Positions 18,020 to 26,803 of a stretch of DNA of 64,000 bases are shown here, piece after piece (within the stretch, counting starts at the first letter, position 1; every line of letters starts with the position of its first letter). The notes below the pieces were generated by a model that saw only the letters and a program-made list of their open reading frames with translations, had not been told where the DNA came from and did no database searches. The DNA lies in the NCBI GenBank assembly GCA_964500505.1, contig CAZCNN010000001.1, positions 2,621-66,620 on the forward strand, read 5' to 3'. Source of the DNA: an uncultured Bdellovibrionales bacterium. GTDB taxonomy: Bacteria; Patescibacteriota; Minisyncoccia; Moranbacterales; UBA1568. The position numbers and the translations under genes are program-made.

Positions 18020-19798
18020 CTAGTAGAGTTGAAAAAGGGTGTTTTTGGTTTCTATCGTGGTCGCGGTGGGGAGACGGAGTGCATCAGAGAGCGTGAGGTT
18101 TTCGAATTGATTGAGGACAAAGTTGATGGATCTGACATAGACGAGGCGCTCACCAAAGACCGCCGCATAGCGAGATTGACTCTCTTCGGGTACGAGGAGG
18201 TAGACGCGGGTGAAGCGACTGGTGTCGAGGGCAGCAAGGTCGTAAGGATTGAAGAAGTACACGGTATTTTTGCCGGAAAGAAACTGTCCGGGACCGGAGA
18301 GCATAGTGAATCCGTCCCCGGTCGCATGACGATCGACCAAGACGAGGTCCGTATCAGTGAAACCCTCGGTCATAGTTGCCACCTGTTCCCGTAGTCCGCG
18401 GGCTTCGGCATAGAACAGCTGGGAACGCCAGGCCGGGAACTCGAGGATGAGGAGGCCGACGATGATAAGCGAGACAAAGATGAGTCTCTTGCCACCAGGT
18501 TGTTCTATCGGGAGGGAGCGCCTTCTCGCAAAAAGGAGACCGATAGTGAGAGTGGTCGCGACGAGAAGTGTCGGAAAGAGAGTAAAGAGGTAGCGCCGGA
18601 GCATCCAGGGATGATCAAGCGTGATATTAGGAAGAAAGAGGTAGAGAAATGTCGGGAGGGCGAGATAGGCTGGGAGGAGGAGCTCATAGTGCTTGTATCT
18701 GACAAAGAGGAGGAGTCCAAAGAGTCCAAAGAGCGCGAGCGCGAGAAAGCCGTAGAGAAAAAAGACAGAACCAATATGGACGGAGCTCATATCGCCCAAG
18801 ACACGGGAGTTTTCATCGAAGCGACCGAGAAATTTGAGGAGCGCCTTGCCGATCATCTTGTAGTACGGCACATTCAAGAAAAAATCACGGAGGAAGACAA
18901 AGAGAAACAAGAGTCCAGGGAGAACTAGGGTCTGCCAGGGAGCGCTACGCCAGAGGGCTCGACCCTGTCGGTGACAGAGGAGTAGGATGAGGGTCAATCC
19001 TAAAAAGGCAAATCCTTCGATGCGAGTAAAAGCGAAGAGGGAGCTAGAGAGGAGGATACTCACGTAGGCGAGCCGGGTGCCCTGGCGGAGGAAAAGGGTG
19101 AGCGAGTAGGCAAGGAAGACAAAGAGGAAGAGCGCCAGGTTTTCGGAGAGGGTAGACTTGGCGAACCAGTTGGGGAGAAAAGAGAAGAGGGCGAGGAGGA
19201 GTCCGGCCCAGGCATAAAACTGGTCGGCGAAGAGTCGAATCAATTGGTAGAGAAAAAAGAATGAGAGAAAGAGGAGGACAGCGTTCCCGATAGCGTACCC
19301 AGCGATACCAAAGAGCGAGACGAAGCTCCCGAGCCAAGCGGTATAGGCGAGAGGAAACTGGGTGATGAGTGTGCCCTCCTTGGTGTAGGCAAAGCCAGGG
19401 AAGTTGAGAGCTGTCCCTTCACCGTAGATAGCAAAAAATGCCTCGCTTGCTGGAGAGCTAAAGGGGAGGCGGGTTTCGGCGGCCAGGCGATAGGCGGCTT
19501 CGGCGATTGAGCCCTGATCACGTCCCGAGAAGAGGGTGGGCTCACTTGAGAGGGCTACCGTGAGAGTCGCAGAGAGGATGACCCCAAGGAGAATAAGGAG
19601 TGACCAGTGTGAGCGTTTGGCGAGACGGTAGAGGATAAGGAGAGCGAGACCAAGGGAGAGGACGAAACCGACGGCGATGAGCGGAAAGAGAAACAGACTC
19701 CCCAAGGTGAGGGTGAGTGCGAACCAGCCATAGACGACAAAGGTCAATCCAAAAAGGACGAGGAGACCATCGCTTTTCTCAAAATGAGGCAGTTTCAT
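18020..19798 (-). CDS. GT-C superfamily membrane glycosyltransferase (PMT/ArnT-like, GT39/GT83-type)
   Basis: About 11-13 TM helices are followed by a C-terminal soluble domain. The start is taken at MKLPHF, which has a GGAGG SD. A longer ORF runs to 19861. Confidence 0.55.
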   Translation of the reverse strand: MKLPHFEKSDGLLVLFGLTFVVYGWFALTLTLGSLFLFPLIAVGFVLSLGLALLILYRLAKRSHWSLLILLGVILSATLTVALSSEPTLFSGRDQGSIAEAAYRLAAETRLPFSSPASEAFFAIYGEGTALNFPGFAYTKEGTLITQFPLAYTAWLGSFVSLFGIAGYAIGNAVLLFLSFFFLYQLIRLFADQFYAWAGLLLALFSFLPNWFAKSTLSENLALFLFVFLAYSLTLFLRQGTRLAYVSILLSSSLFAFTRIEGFAFLGLTLILLLCHRQGRALWRSAPWQTLVLPGLLFLFVFLRDFFLNVPYYKMIGKALLKFLGRFDENSRVLGDMSSVHIGSVFFLYGFLALALFGLFGLLLFVRYKHYELLLPAYLALPTFLYLFLPNITLDHPWMLRRYLFTLFPTLLVATTLTIGLLFARRRSLPIEQPGGKRLIFVSLIIVGLLILEFPAWRSQLFYAEARGLREQVATMTEGFTDTDLVLVDRHATGDGFTMLSGPGQFLSGKNTVYFFNPYDLAALDTSRFTRVYLLVPEESQSRYAAVFGERLVYVRSINFVLNQFENLTLSDALRLPTATTIETKNTLFQLY

Positions 19799-20082
19799 AG
19801 TACCTCCAGTATACCGTAAAAGCGCTTCTTGTTCCATCGTAGTATCTCTTCCAAATCTCATGTCTTGAGAAAATGTTCAGATTTCGTGATGAAAATCTTG
19901 AAAAGTGAGAAAGGCTATATCCATAACCCGACGAGCTTTGAGAGGTTTTCAGCCGAAATCTGGACGTTTTATAAGACAAGCGCTTGTTTCGGGTTTATTT
20001 CGCGTTGAGATTTGGGAGAGATACTGGTTTGCCAAGGGAAACTCGTCGGGCTACAATAGAGGAAATTGCTTATATTCCCAAG

Positions 20083-21267
20083 ATGAATATTCTTGTTGTG
20101 GCGCCGACGCCGTTTTTTTCTGATCGGGGGACCCATATCCGTATCCTCGAAGAGGCGCTCGCCCTCGAAAAGCGTGGTCATGTGGTGACGATCGCCACCT
20201 ACCACATCGGCCAAAACTTGCCAGAGCATCTCGGATCACATATTGATGTCCGCCGTATCAGGCGACTCCTCTTTTGGTACAAGAAATTGGAAGCGGGCCC
20301 AGACTGGCAAAAGATCATCCTCGATCTCCTCCTTATCAAAAAGGTGTTCTTCCTGGCTCGGACCAAGCGCCCCGACATCATTCATGCGCATCTCCATGAG
20401 GGAGCGCTCATTGCCTGGATCGTGCAAAAGATGCTCTTCTGGCGCGGGATCAAGGTGGTAGCGGATTTCCATGGCAGTCTGACCAAGGAGATGGTGTCGC
20501 ACAAGTACCTCCATGCTTCTGGTCTCGAGCGCTTATTTCGCTTTGTGGAAGAGTGGATTGATACCCTGGGAGATGCCGCTGTCGCGAGTTCGTGGAATAA
20601 CGCGGAGGAGATTGCTCGGATTCGCGGAACCACAGTCGAGGTACTCCTCGATGGGACACGTCTCTCGATGTTTGAGGGTCTACCTGAGCGTTCTCAGATT
20701 CGAGCGGAGTATGGTGTCCCCGAGTCAGCCGTTGTCGTGACCTACACCGGGGCCTTTATCCGGAACAAAGGCATCAATTTCTTTCTCGAAGCCATGCCAC
20801 AAGTAGCCAAGGAATGTCCTACCGCTCATTTTGTCCTCGCTGGTTTCCCACTCGACCTCATCGAGCATGACATCCCCGAGGCGCTTCGGACACGTGTGAC
20901 TATCGTGAGTCCTTCGCCGTACTTTGATCTGCCTCGGATCCTCCGGATGAGTGACATCGGTGTCGACCCCAAAGATGAGGCGACGCGCGAAGCGAGTGGC
21001 AAGACGCTTCAGTATATGGGAGCGGGACTACCAGTCGCGTGCTTTGCGACGGGTAACAATCGTGAGTATCTTGGCGAGGGCGGTACGTATGCCGAGACCG
21101 TGACGGCGAGCGCCTTGGCCGAGGCTATCCTCGTCCTGGCCAATGACGTGTCACTGTGTGCCAAGAAGGGTGCCATCAACCGTATCCGAGCCGAGGATTT
21201 CAGTTGGGAGAAAAGCGCCGAGAAAGTAGAGGGGATGTATCAGTCACTTTTGAGACAATCATCATGA
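20083..21267 (+). CDS. GT4-family glycosyltransferase
   Basis: It has a GT-B architecture. The start is taken at MNILVVAPT. A 4-bp ATGA overlap joins it to the next gene. Confidence 0.7.
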   Translation: MNILVVAPTPFFSDRGTHIRILEEALALEKRGHVVTIATYHIGQNLPEHLGSHIDVRRIRRLLFWYKKLEAGPDWQKIILDLLLIKKVFFLARTKRPDIIHAHLHEGALIAWIVQKMLFWRGIKVVADFHGSLTKEMVSHKYLHASGLERLFRFVEEWIDTLGDAAVASSWNNAEEIARIRGTTVEVLLDGTRLSMFEGLPERSQIRAEYGVPESAVVVTYTGAFIRNKGINFFLEAMPQVAKECPTAHFVLAGFPLDLIEHDIPEALRTRVTIVSPSPYFDLPRILRMSDIGVDPKDEATREASGKTLQYMGAGLPVACFATGNNREYLGEGGTYAETVTASALAEAILVLANDVSLCAKKGAINRIRAEDFSWEKSAEKVEGMYQSLLRQSS

Positions 21268-22460
21268 ATCTTTGGCGGATCAAATTAGGCAAAGCCTGGA
21301 ATGTCCTCAAGCGGGACGGACTCTGGCGGGGTGGTATGCGGGTGCTTACGGCCTTTGGTCAGTTGTTTCGGCGCGTCCGGCCAGGTGATATCCTCTTTAT
21401 CTCGAATGGCGTCGGGGACAGCGCTCGCTATCGGACCGTGCATGTGGCTGAGGAGCTTGAGCAGGCTCACTTTCAGACGGCAGTGACGGTCCAGGACAAT
21501 CCATTTCTTTCGTCCTATGCCGACCAGTTTTCAGTCTTTGTGTTTCATCGCGTCCTCTACACTGATCAGATTGCATCCTTTGTGGCCAGGCTCAAAGCAC
21601 TCGGGAAGACCATTGTCTTTGAGACGGACGACCTCGTGTATGACCCCGAGTTTCTCCGGCACATGGATTACTACACCCAGATGAATCCATGGGAGAAGAA
21701 ACTTTATGAGCATGGTTTGGGAGGGGAGATACTCAGTGATCCGTATGTCGAGGTAGCAACGACGACGACTTCGTTTTTAGCGGACAAACTCCGTGAGCGC
21801 GGGAAGCAGGCATTTGTGGTGCGGAACAAACTCTCAAAGCAAGACCTCCTCTGGGCCGCCGATGCTTTGGCGAAGAAAGCTAACAGCTATAAGCTATCAG
21901 CCAATCATCCTCTCCGCATTGGGTATCTCTCTGGTACTCCGAGTCACAACAAAGATTTTGCCACGATTACCCAGGCGCTGGTATCAATTCTGGAGCGCTA
22001 TCCAGCTGTCCGGCTCGTGCTCGCCGGACCACTCGATACCGAGAGTGCCCTCCAGAGATTTGCTGACCGGATTGAACGGGTTCCTTTTGTGCCTCGGGGT
22101 GAACTCTTTGGGGTGATCGCGTCCCTTGATATCAACCTCGCCCCACTTGAAATGGGCAATCCATTTTGTGAATCCAAGTCGGAGCTCAAGTGGTTTGAAG
22201 CGGGTATTGTTGGCGTACCCACTGTGGCTACTGCCACCCAGACGTTTCGTGAGGCGATCACTGATGGTGTGGACGGGTATGTCGCGTCGACCGAGAGTGA
22301 ATGGCAGGAGAAATTGGCTCGACTCATCACTGATTCTGAGGCGCGACAGGCGATGGGCGCCCAGGCTCGACAAATCGTCCTTGCGCGTTATACTACTATT
22401 GGAGCAGGAAATACTGAGTACTATGATTACCTCAGGTCGAAAGTGGGTACTAAATTATGA
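21264..22460 (+). CDS. GT-B glycosyltransferase-like protein
   Basis: The C-terminal GT1/GT4 signature is present (DINLAPLEMGNPFCESKSELKWFEAGIVGVP). The start is taken at MNLWRIK. Confidence 0.65.
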   Translation: MNLWRIKLGKAWNVLKRDGLWRGGMRVLTAFGQLFRRVRPGDILFISNGVGDSARYRTVHVAEELEQAHFQTAVTVQDNPFLSSYADQFSVFVFHRVLYTDQIASFVARLKALGKTIVFETDDLVYDPEFLRHMDYYTQMNPWEKKLYEHGLGGEILSDPYVEVATTTTSFLADKLRERGKQAFVVRNKLSKQDLLWAADALAKKANSYKLSANHPLRIGYLSGTPSHNKDFATITQALVSILERYPAVRLVLAGPLDTESALQRFADRIERVPFVPRGELFGVIASLDINLAPLEMGNPFCESKSELKWFEAGIVGVPTVATATQTFREAITDGVDGYVASTESEWQEKLARLITDSEARQAMGAQARQIVLARYTTIGAGNTEYYDYLRSKVGTKL

Positions 22461-22903
22461 ATTTTGAATTTCCAATTTTGATTGAAATTTTTATTTCAAA
22501 TGAATGAGTGGAAATGAAAAGGTTTTCGATCTTGAGGATAGGACGGCTTTGTTCGGTGAAAACGTTATTAGGTTTTCCAAAACACTGAGACAGGACACTA
22601 TAACAAAGCCACTTATTTCACAAATTGTTCGTTCTGCGACCAGTGTTGGAGCGAATTACATGGAAGCGAATGGCGCTAGTTCAAAAAAGGATTTCAAAAA
22701 TAAGATTCATATTTGCAAAAAAGAAGTACAGGAAACGAAACACTGGTTGAGGATGATTTCTGTTGCTTCTACTGAGCATGCCGATGAGGCACGAAAGTTA
22801 TGGAAAGAAGCACAGGAACTGACACTGATCTTTGGTAAAATCATCTCTACCTTGAAGATTGAATAATTCAGTATTGATTCGAAATTCAAAATTACTCATT
22901 CAT
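22460..22903. repeat. Inverted repeats bracketing the four-helix-bundle gene (13-bp pair and 10-bp pair)
   Basis: AATTTTGAATTTC at 22460-22472 pairs with GAAATTCAAAATT at 22881-22893 (perfect). ATGAATGAGT at 22500-22509 pairs with ACTCATTCAT at 22894-22903 (perfect). Confidence 0.7.
22504..22866 (+). CDS. Four-helix-bundle protein (TIGR02436-like, '23S rRNA intervening-sequence protein' family)
   Basis: The characteristic ~120-aa sequence is present (RSATSVGANYMEANGASSKKDFKNKIHICKKEVQETKHWL). It is bracketed by inverted repeats. Confidence 0.7.
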   Translation: MSGNEKVFDLEDRTALFGENVIRFSKTLRQDTITKPLISQIVRSATSVGANYMEANGASSKKDFKNKIHICKKEVQETKHWLRMISVASTEHADEARKLWKEAQELTLIFGKIISTLKIE

Positions 22904-22919
22904 AATTAAATTCACAGCT

Positions 22920-23876
22920 ATGAAAGTTCTGATAACAGGGGGTGCAGGATTTATAGGCTCAGCAACCGCGCGAGCACTGATGGAGCGAGGCGATACGCCC
23001 ATACTCATCGATAACTTCAACGATTACTATGATCCTCGGATAAAGGAGGACCGCATCAAGAAGTTTCTCAAAGCGTACAAGGGGAGCTTTAAGTTGTATC
23101 GAGGCGATATCCGCGATGCGAAATTTCTCGAAAAAGTATTCAAGAAAGAGAAGCCAGAAAAGGTAGTCCATCTCGCGGCTATGGCTGGAGTAAGGAACAG
23201 TCTCAAGAATCCAGCTCTCTATGTCGATGTGAACGTCATGGGGACGACACTTCTCCTCGATCTCTCGGTCAAGTACGGAATCAAGAATTTCCTCTACGCT
23301 TCTTCCTCGTCAGTCTACGGCAACAACAAGAAACTGCCGTTTTCGGAAACTGATCCGGTAGATACCCCCATTTCGCCGTATGCCGCTACCAAGAAGGCGA
23401 CCGAGCTCCTGGCTCATGTCTACAGTCATATCCACAGTCTCCCGACCATAGGACTCCGGTTCTTCACCGTCTACGGCCCATGGGGACGACCAGATATGGC
23501 GCTCTTTGATTTTACTCGGGCGATCTTTGCCGATGAAACTATCAAGGTCTACAATCGTGGCAACATGACCCGGAACTTCACCTATATCGATGACATCGTC
23601 TCGGGTATCCTCACCTGTCTCGACGCTGACTTACCATGTGCCCTTATGAATATCGGGGGAGACAAAGAAGAGAAGCTCACCCGGTTTATCGAGGTGATTG
23701 AAAAGAATGTGGGGAAGACCGCCAAGAAAAAACTGATGCCCATGCAACCAGGCGATGTCCCATCGACCGTGGCCGATATCAAGCGCCTACGCAAATTGGG
23801 CTGGAAGCCGACCACTCGTATCGATCAAGGGATCAAGAACTTTGTCGATTGGTACCGGGAGTACTTCGGGGTGTAG
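22920..23876 (+). CDS. NAD-dependent sugar-nucleotide epimerase (UDP-glucuronate 4-epimerase-like SDR)
   Basis: The Rossmann motif GGAGFIGS, a YxxxK region and YGPWGRPDMALFDF typical of UDP-GlcA/GalA 4-epimerases are present. Confidence 0.75.
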   Translation: MKVLITGGAGFIGSATARALMERGDTPILIDNFNDYYDPRIKEDRIKKFLKAYKGSFKLYRGDIRDAKFLEKVFKKEKPEKVVHLAAMAGVRNSLKNPALYVDVNVMGTTLLLDLSVKYGIKNFLYASSSSVYGNNKKLPFSETDPVDTPISPYAATKKATELLAHVYSHIHSLPTIGLRFFTVYGPWGRPDMALFDFTRAIFADETIKVYNRGNMTRNFTYIDDIVSGILTCLDADLPCALMNIGGDKEEKLTRFIEVIEKNVGKTAKKKLMPMQPGDVPSTVADIKRLRKLGWKPTTRIDQGIKNFVDWYREYFGV

Positions 23877-23903
23877 TCACGAGCAGAGTAAAAAAGAAAA
23901 AGA

Positions 23904-23928
23904 GGCGGCCGGTATCCGGTCGCCTTTT
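23904..23928. terminator. Bidirectional terminator between convergent genes
   Basis: A 9-bp stem GGCGGCCGG/CCGGTCGCC (one G-U wobble) is present. It is flanked by an A-run on the left (T-run on the minus strand) and TTTT on the right. Confidence 0.55.
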
Positions 23929-23929
23929 G

Positions 23930-24277
23930 CTATGAGGCTGAACCCTTCTCGGCACGGCGCTCAGCAATTGTCCTGATGATGCGACAGGAGAGTCTCGGGA
24001 TAGCGAAGAATCCGTCGAGTCTCGTATCACGCCAACTACGTCCGACGTCAAACGCGTTCCAGTACGTTTGCATTAGTTTGTGGCTCTGCATGGCTCGAAG
24101 TGCGTCCTGTGTTTTGATTAGAACGCAGTCCGGTCTGTCTCCGAAGATCTGACCGTCCATGAATTTGAGATGTAGCCAGGCAGTCAGTTGCCCATGAGGG
24201 TGGTGAAATACACCGTTTACGTGTGCGGGAACCCTGACTACCCGCACCCGAACGTGTTGCGCAGGGGTGTGGGTCAT
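23930..24277 (-). CDS. Hypothetical protein (115 aa) in a GC-rich islet
   Basis: A strong SD (AAGGAG, 5 nt, ATG) is present on the minus strand. It is convergent with the epimerase gene and shares a bidirectional hairpin terminator at 23904-23928. GC is about 60%. Confidence 0.5.
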   Translation of the reverse strand: MTHTPAQHVRVRVVRVPAHVNGVFHHPHGQLTAWLHLKFMDGQIFGDRPDCVLIKTQDALRAMQSHKLMQTYWNAFDVGRSWRDTRLDGFFAIPRLSCRIIRTIAERRAEKGSAS

Positions 24278-24435
24278 CTAGTCTCCTTGAGTGTGATGCC
24301 CTCGGAAGATTCCGGGGGTAGCACCTCAAGGCGACTGATTAGTATCTCACAGATTGGTATTTTTGTAAAGATTGGGCCTGTCAGAAAAGGGGATTTTCGA
24401 GTAGAATACAAGTATCTGGTGATAGGTGCACACCA

Positions 24436-24464
24436 TTGACAAAGTGTCAATTTTATGCTAGAAT
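24436..24464 (+). promoter_or_regulatory. Sigma70-type promoter TTGACA-17-(TGc)TAGAAT for the RNase P RNA gene
   Basis: TTGACA lies at 24436-41 and TAGAAT at 24459-64, with a TGn extended -10. The predicted TSS is about 20 nt before the P1 helix. Confidence 0.6.
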
Positions 24465-24482
24465 AGACCGTTAACCGTTCCT

Positions 24483-24874
24483 TTCCAGAACAGATTGGAT
24501 TATCGCGCGGCCAAGCCCTGAAAGGGGTCTGGAGCGAGGAAAGTCCGGACACTGAGCCACAGCGTATGCCAGTGGCAAGGGTAATGGGTAACCCCCATAC
24601 GCCGTGAGGCGCGAGGTGCGAGCAGAGACGCCATGCGACGAAAGAAGCATGGGCGCTTTTGAGCAATCGAAGGCGTAGCCACGAGGAGCGAAAGCTCTTT
24701 TCGTGGGTGAAACGGCTAAATCCTTACCTCGGTGCAAGGTCGTGCCTAGATCCTCTTGGAGCTCAAGAGGGGACGGGAGAACTGCAAAGATTCGGCTGGT
24801 AACAGCCGGACAAGATAAATGGTAATCTCTGCTTTCGGGCAGAACAGAATCCGGCTTATAGATCTGTTTTGGAA
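24483..24874 (+). ncRNA. rnpB: RNase P RNA (bacterial type A)
   Basis: The universally conserved P4 strands are present (GAGGAAAGUCCGG and ACAGAAUCCGGCUUA). Also present are GGUAACCCCCA, GGCUGGUAACAGCCGG and GAUAAAUGG segments. A P1 helix is formed by 24483-24495 with 24862-24874. Ends are approximate to about 10 nt. Confidence 0.8.
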
Positions 24875-24918
24875 AAGAGCGTCTAACAGTGAGAGTCCAA
24901 CTCCTTAAGACTTTTGGA

Positions 24919-26343
24919 ATGAAACGTTCAGAAATATACTTCAGTACGATACAGGTACCCGTCGACTTTCTTATGATTGTCCTGGCGGGGATTTCAGCGT
25001 ACTACCTGCGTGGACTCCCGATGTTTGAAGGGTATGTCTCGCGGGTGTTCAATATTTCTTTTGAAGACTATCTCTGGTTCTCTCTCTCCGTGGCACCACT
25101 CTTTCTCGTGGTGATTGCTTTTGAGGGTCTCTATACCATGCGGGCGACGCGTAGCTTTGGGAAAGAAGCCTATGGTATCGCACGGGCCATCACCCTCGGC
25201 CTCATTATCTTGGTGCTCGCTGTCTTTTTGAACCGTGAGTGGTTCTCGTCACGGTTCGTCATCGTCGTGGGTTGGGCGATTGCCATCGTCTATGTCGTCC
25301 TCGCTCGCTATATTATTCAGCGCATCCAGAAATGGTTTCTCGTCAATCGGAACGTCGGCATTCATCGTATCCTCCTCATTGGGTCCAACCAAAAGGTGTA
25401 CGCCTTGCGGAAGCTCCTCACCAAGAACAAACAGCTCGGCTATCGAGTCGTCGATCAGATCGATACGGCAAGTGTCGTCCAGGTCAAAGAAATCCGGGCC
25501 ATGAAGGGTGTGGACGAGATTATCGTGGGTGACCCGACGCTTACTGATGATGAGCAGGAGAAACTTTTTGACTACTGTCAGATCAACAACATTACCTACA
25601 AGTATTTTCCGACCACGCTCCAGACCCCGCGTTTCTCCATGAAGATTTTTAACGGGGAACCGCTCATCGAATTTCAGCATACCCCGCTCGATGGTTGGGG
25701 TCGGGTACTCAAGCGGACCTATGATATCGTGGCGGGATTTTTCCTCACAGTGCTCTTTTCACCGATCATGCTCGTGGTGGCCATCCTCATCAAACTCGAG
25801 GATCCAGATGGGCCGATTATCTACAAAAACGAGCGCATTGGCGAGAATGGAGTGAAGTTCTTTGTTTACAAGTTCCGCTATATGCAGTGGAAGTACTGTG
25901 TGACCAAGGACAATCCGCACATGGATGAGGCCATCGCCTACGAAAAGAAGTTGATCGAAGAGAAAAACGTAAGGAAGGGTGGTATCCTCTACAAGATCAA
26001 AGATGATCCACGCAAGATGCGGGTTGGGGCCTGGATTGAACGGTTTTCGTTCGATGAATTGCCCCAGTTTTTCAATGTCCTCGAGGGGACGATGTCACTC
26101 GTCGGACCACGGCCCCATCAGGAGCGAGAGGTCGACCGTTATGCGGAGTATCACCGGCGCCTCCTCACTATCCGTCCTGGTGTGACTGGGATGGCCCAGG
26201 TGTCGGGACGCTCTGACCTCGCTTTTGAGGATGAGTACCGGCTCGATGTATTCTACATTGAGAACTGGTCGCTGTGGCTCGATATCATCATCTGTCTCAA
26301 GACCGCTGGCGCCCTCCTCAGACGGCGCAAGAACGTGAAATAA
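24919..26343 (+). CDS. Polyprenyl-phosphate sugar phosphotransferase (WbaP/EpsL-type initiating transferase)
   Basis: N-terminal TMs are followed by a bacterial sugar transferase C-domain (LPQFFNVLEGTMSLVGPRP...RPGVTGMAQVSGR). The ATG at 24919 is preferred over the upstream GTG. Confidence 0.8.
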   Translation: MKRSEIYFSTIQVPVDFLMIVLAGISAYYLRGLPMFEGYVSRVFNISFEDYLWFSLSVAPLFLVVIAFEGLYTMRATRSFGKEAYGIARAITLGLIILVLAVFLNREWFSSRFVIVVGWAIAIVYVVLARYIIQRIQKWFLVNRNVGIHRILLIGSNQKVYALRKLLTKNKQLGYRVVDQIDTASVVQVKEIRAMKGVDEIIVGDPTLTDDEQEKLFDYCQINNITYKYFPTTLQTPRFSMKIFNGEPLIEFQHTPLDGWGRVLKRTYDIVAGFFLTVLFSPIMLVVAILIKLEDPDGPIIYKNERIGENGVKFFVYKFRYMQWKYCVTKDNPHMDEAIAYEKKLIEEKNVRKGGILYKIKDDPRKMRVGAWIERFSFDELPQFFNVLEGTMSLVGPRPHQEREVDRYAEYHRRLLTIRPGVTGMAQVSGRSDLAFEDEYRLDVFYIENWSLWLDIIICLKTAGALLRRRKNVK

Positions 26344-26358
26344 CGATCGTACACCCAA

Positions 26359-26379
26359 CCGCCCTTCGGGGCGGTTTTT
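26359..26379 (+). terminator. Rho-independent terminator after the sugar-phosphotransferase gene
   Basis: CCGCCC-TTCG-GGGCGG is followed by TTTTT. Confidence 0.7.
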
Positions 26380-26437
26380 GCTGGTGAAATTCTTGCCGAG
26401 TGCTATACTGTGGGTGTAAGTCCGTAAACCAAATTCT

Positions 26438-26785
26438 ATGATACTTCTCCGCTTGATGGTGAGTGCGCTCGCCTTTTTGTCGCTCTCGTATGTTATTCCC
26501 GGTATTTCAGTCAAAGGGTTTGGGACGGCCCTCATTCTGGCCCTGCTTTGGGGTATTGTTGGGATTACGATCAAGCCCATTCTCCTCCTTCTCACGCTTC
26601 CGTTCAATCTCCTGACACTCGGACTCTTTACTTTTATTATCAATGGTTTTCTCCTCTGGATGCTTGGTGGTCTCATCAAGGGCTTTGAGGTCCATGGTTT
26701 TTGGGTCGCTGTCTTGGGCGCCCTCTTCCTCTCGGTGGTCGGCTCGCTCACGCAATGGGCGCTCAATCATAGTGATAAAGACTAA
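26438..26785 (+). CDS. DUF360-like (phage-holin superfamily IV-like) small membrane protein
   Basis: It has four TM helices and a GISVKGF...LTLP pattern reminiscent of YvlD/DUF360. Confidence 0.45.
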   Translation: MILLRLMVSALAFLSLSYVIPGISVKGFGTALILALLWGIVGITIKPILLLLTLPFNLLTLGLFTFIINGFLLWMLGGLIKGFEVHGFWVAVLGALFLSVVGSLTQWALNHSDKD

Positions 26786-26803
26786 CTCGAGATAGTAGGT
26801 ACT

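Noticed and set aside
24274-24737. Three minus-strand ORFs (60-130 aa) across 24.27-24.74 kb
   Set aside because: They overlap the RNase P RNA gene, whose conserved P4 and other strands are unambiguous. ORFs within structured-RNA genes are spurious.
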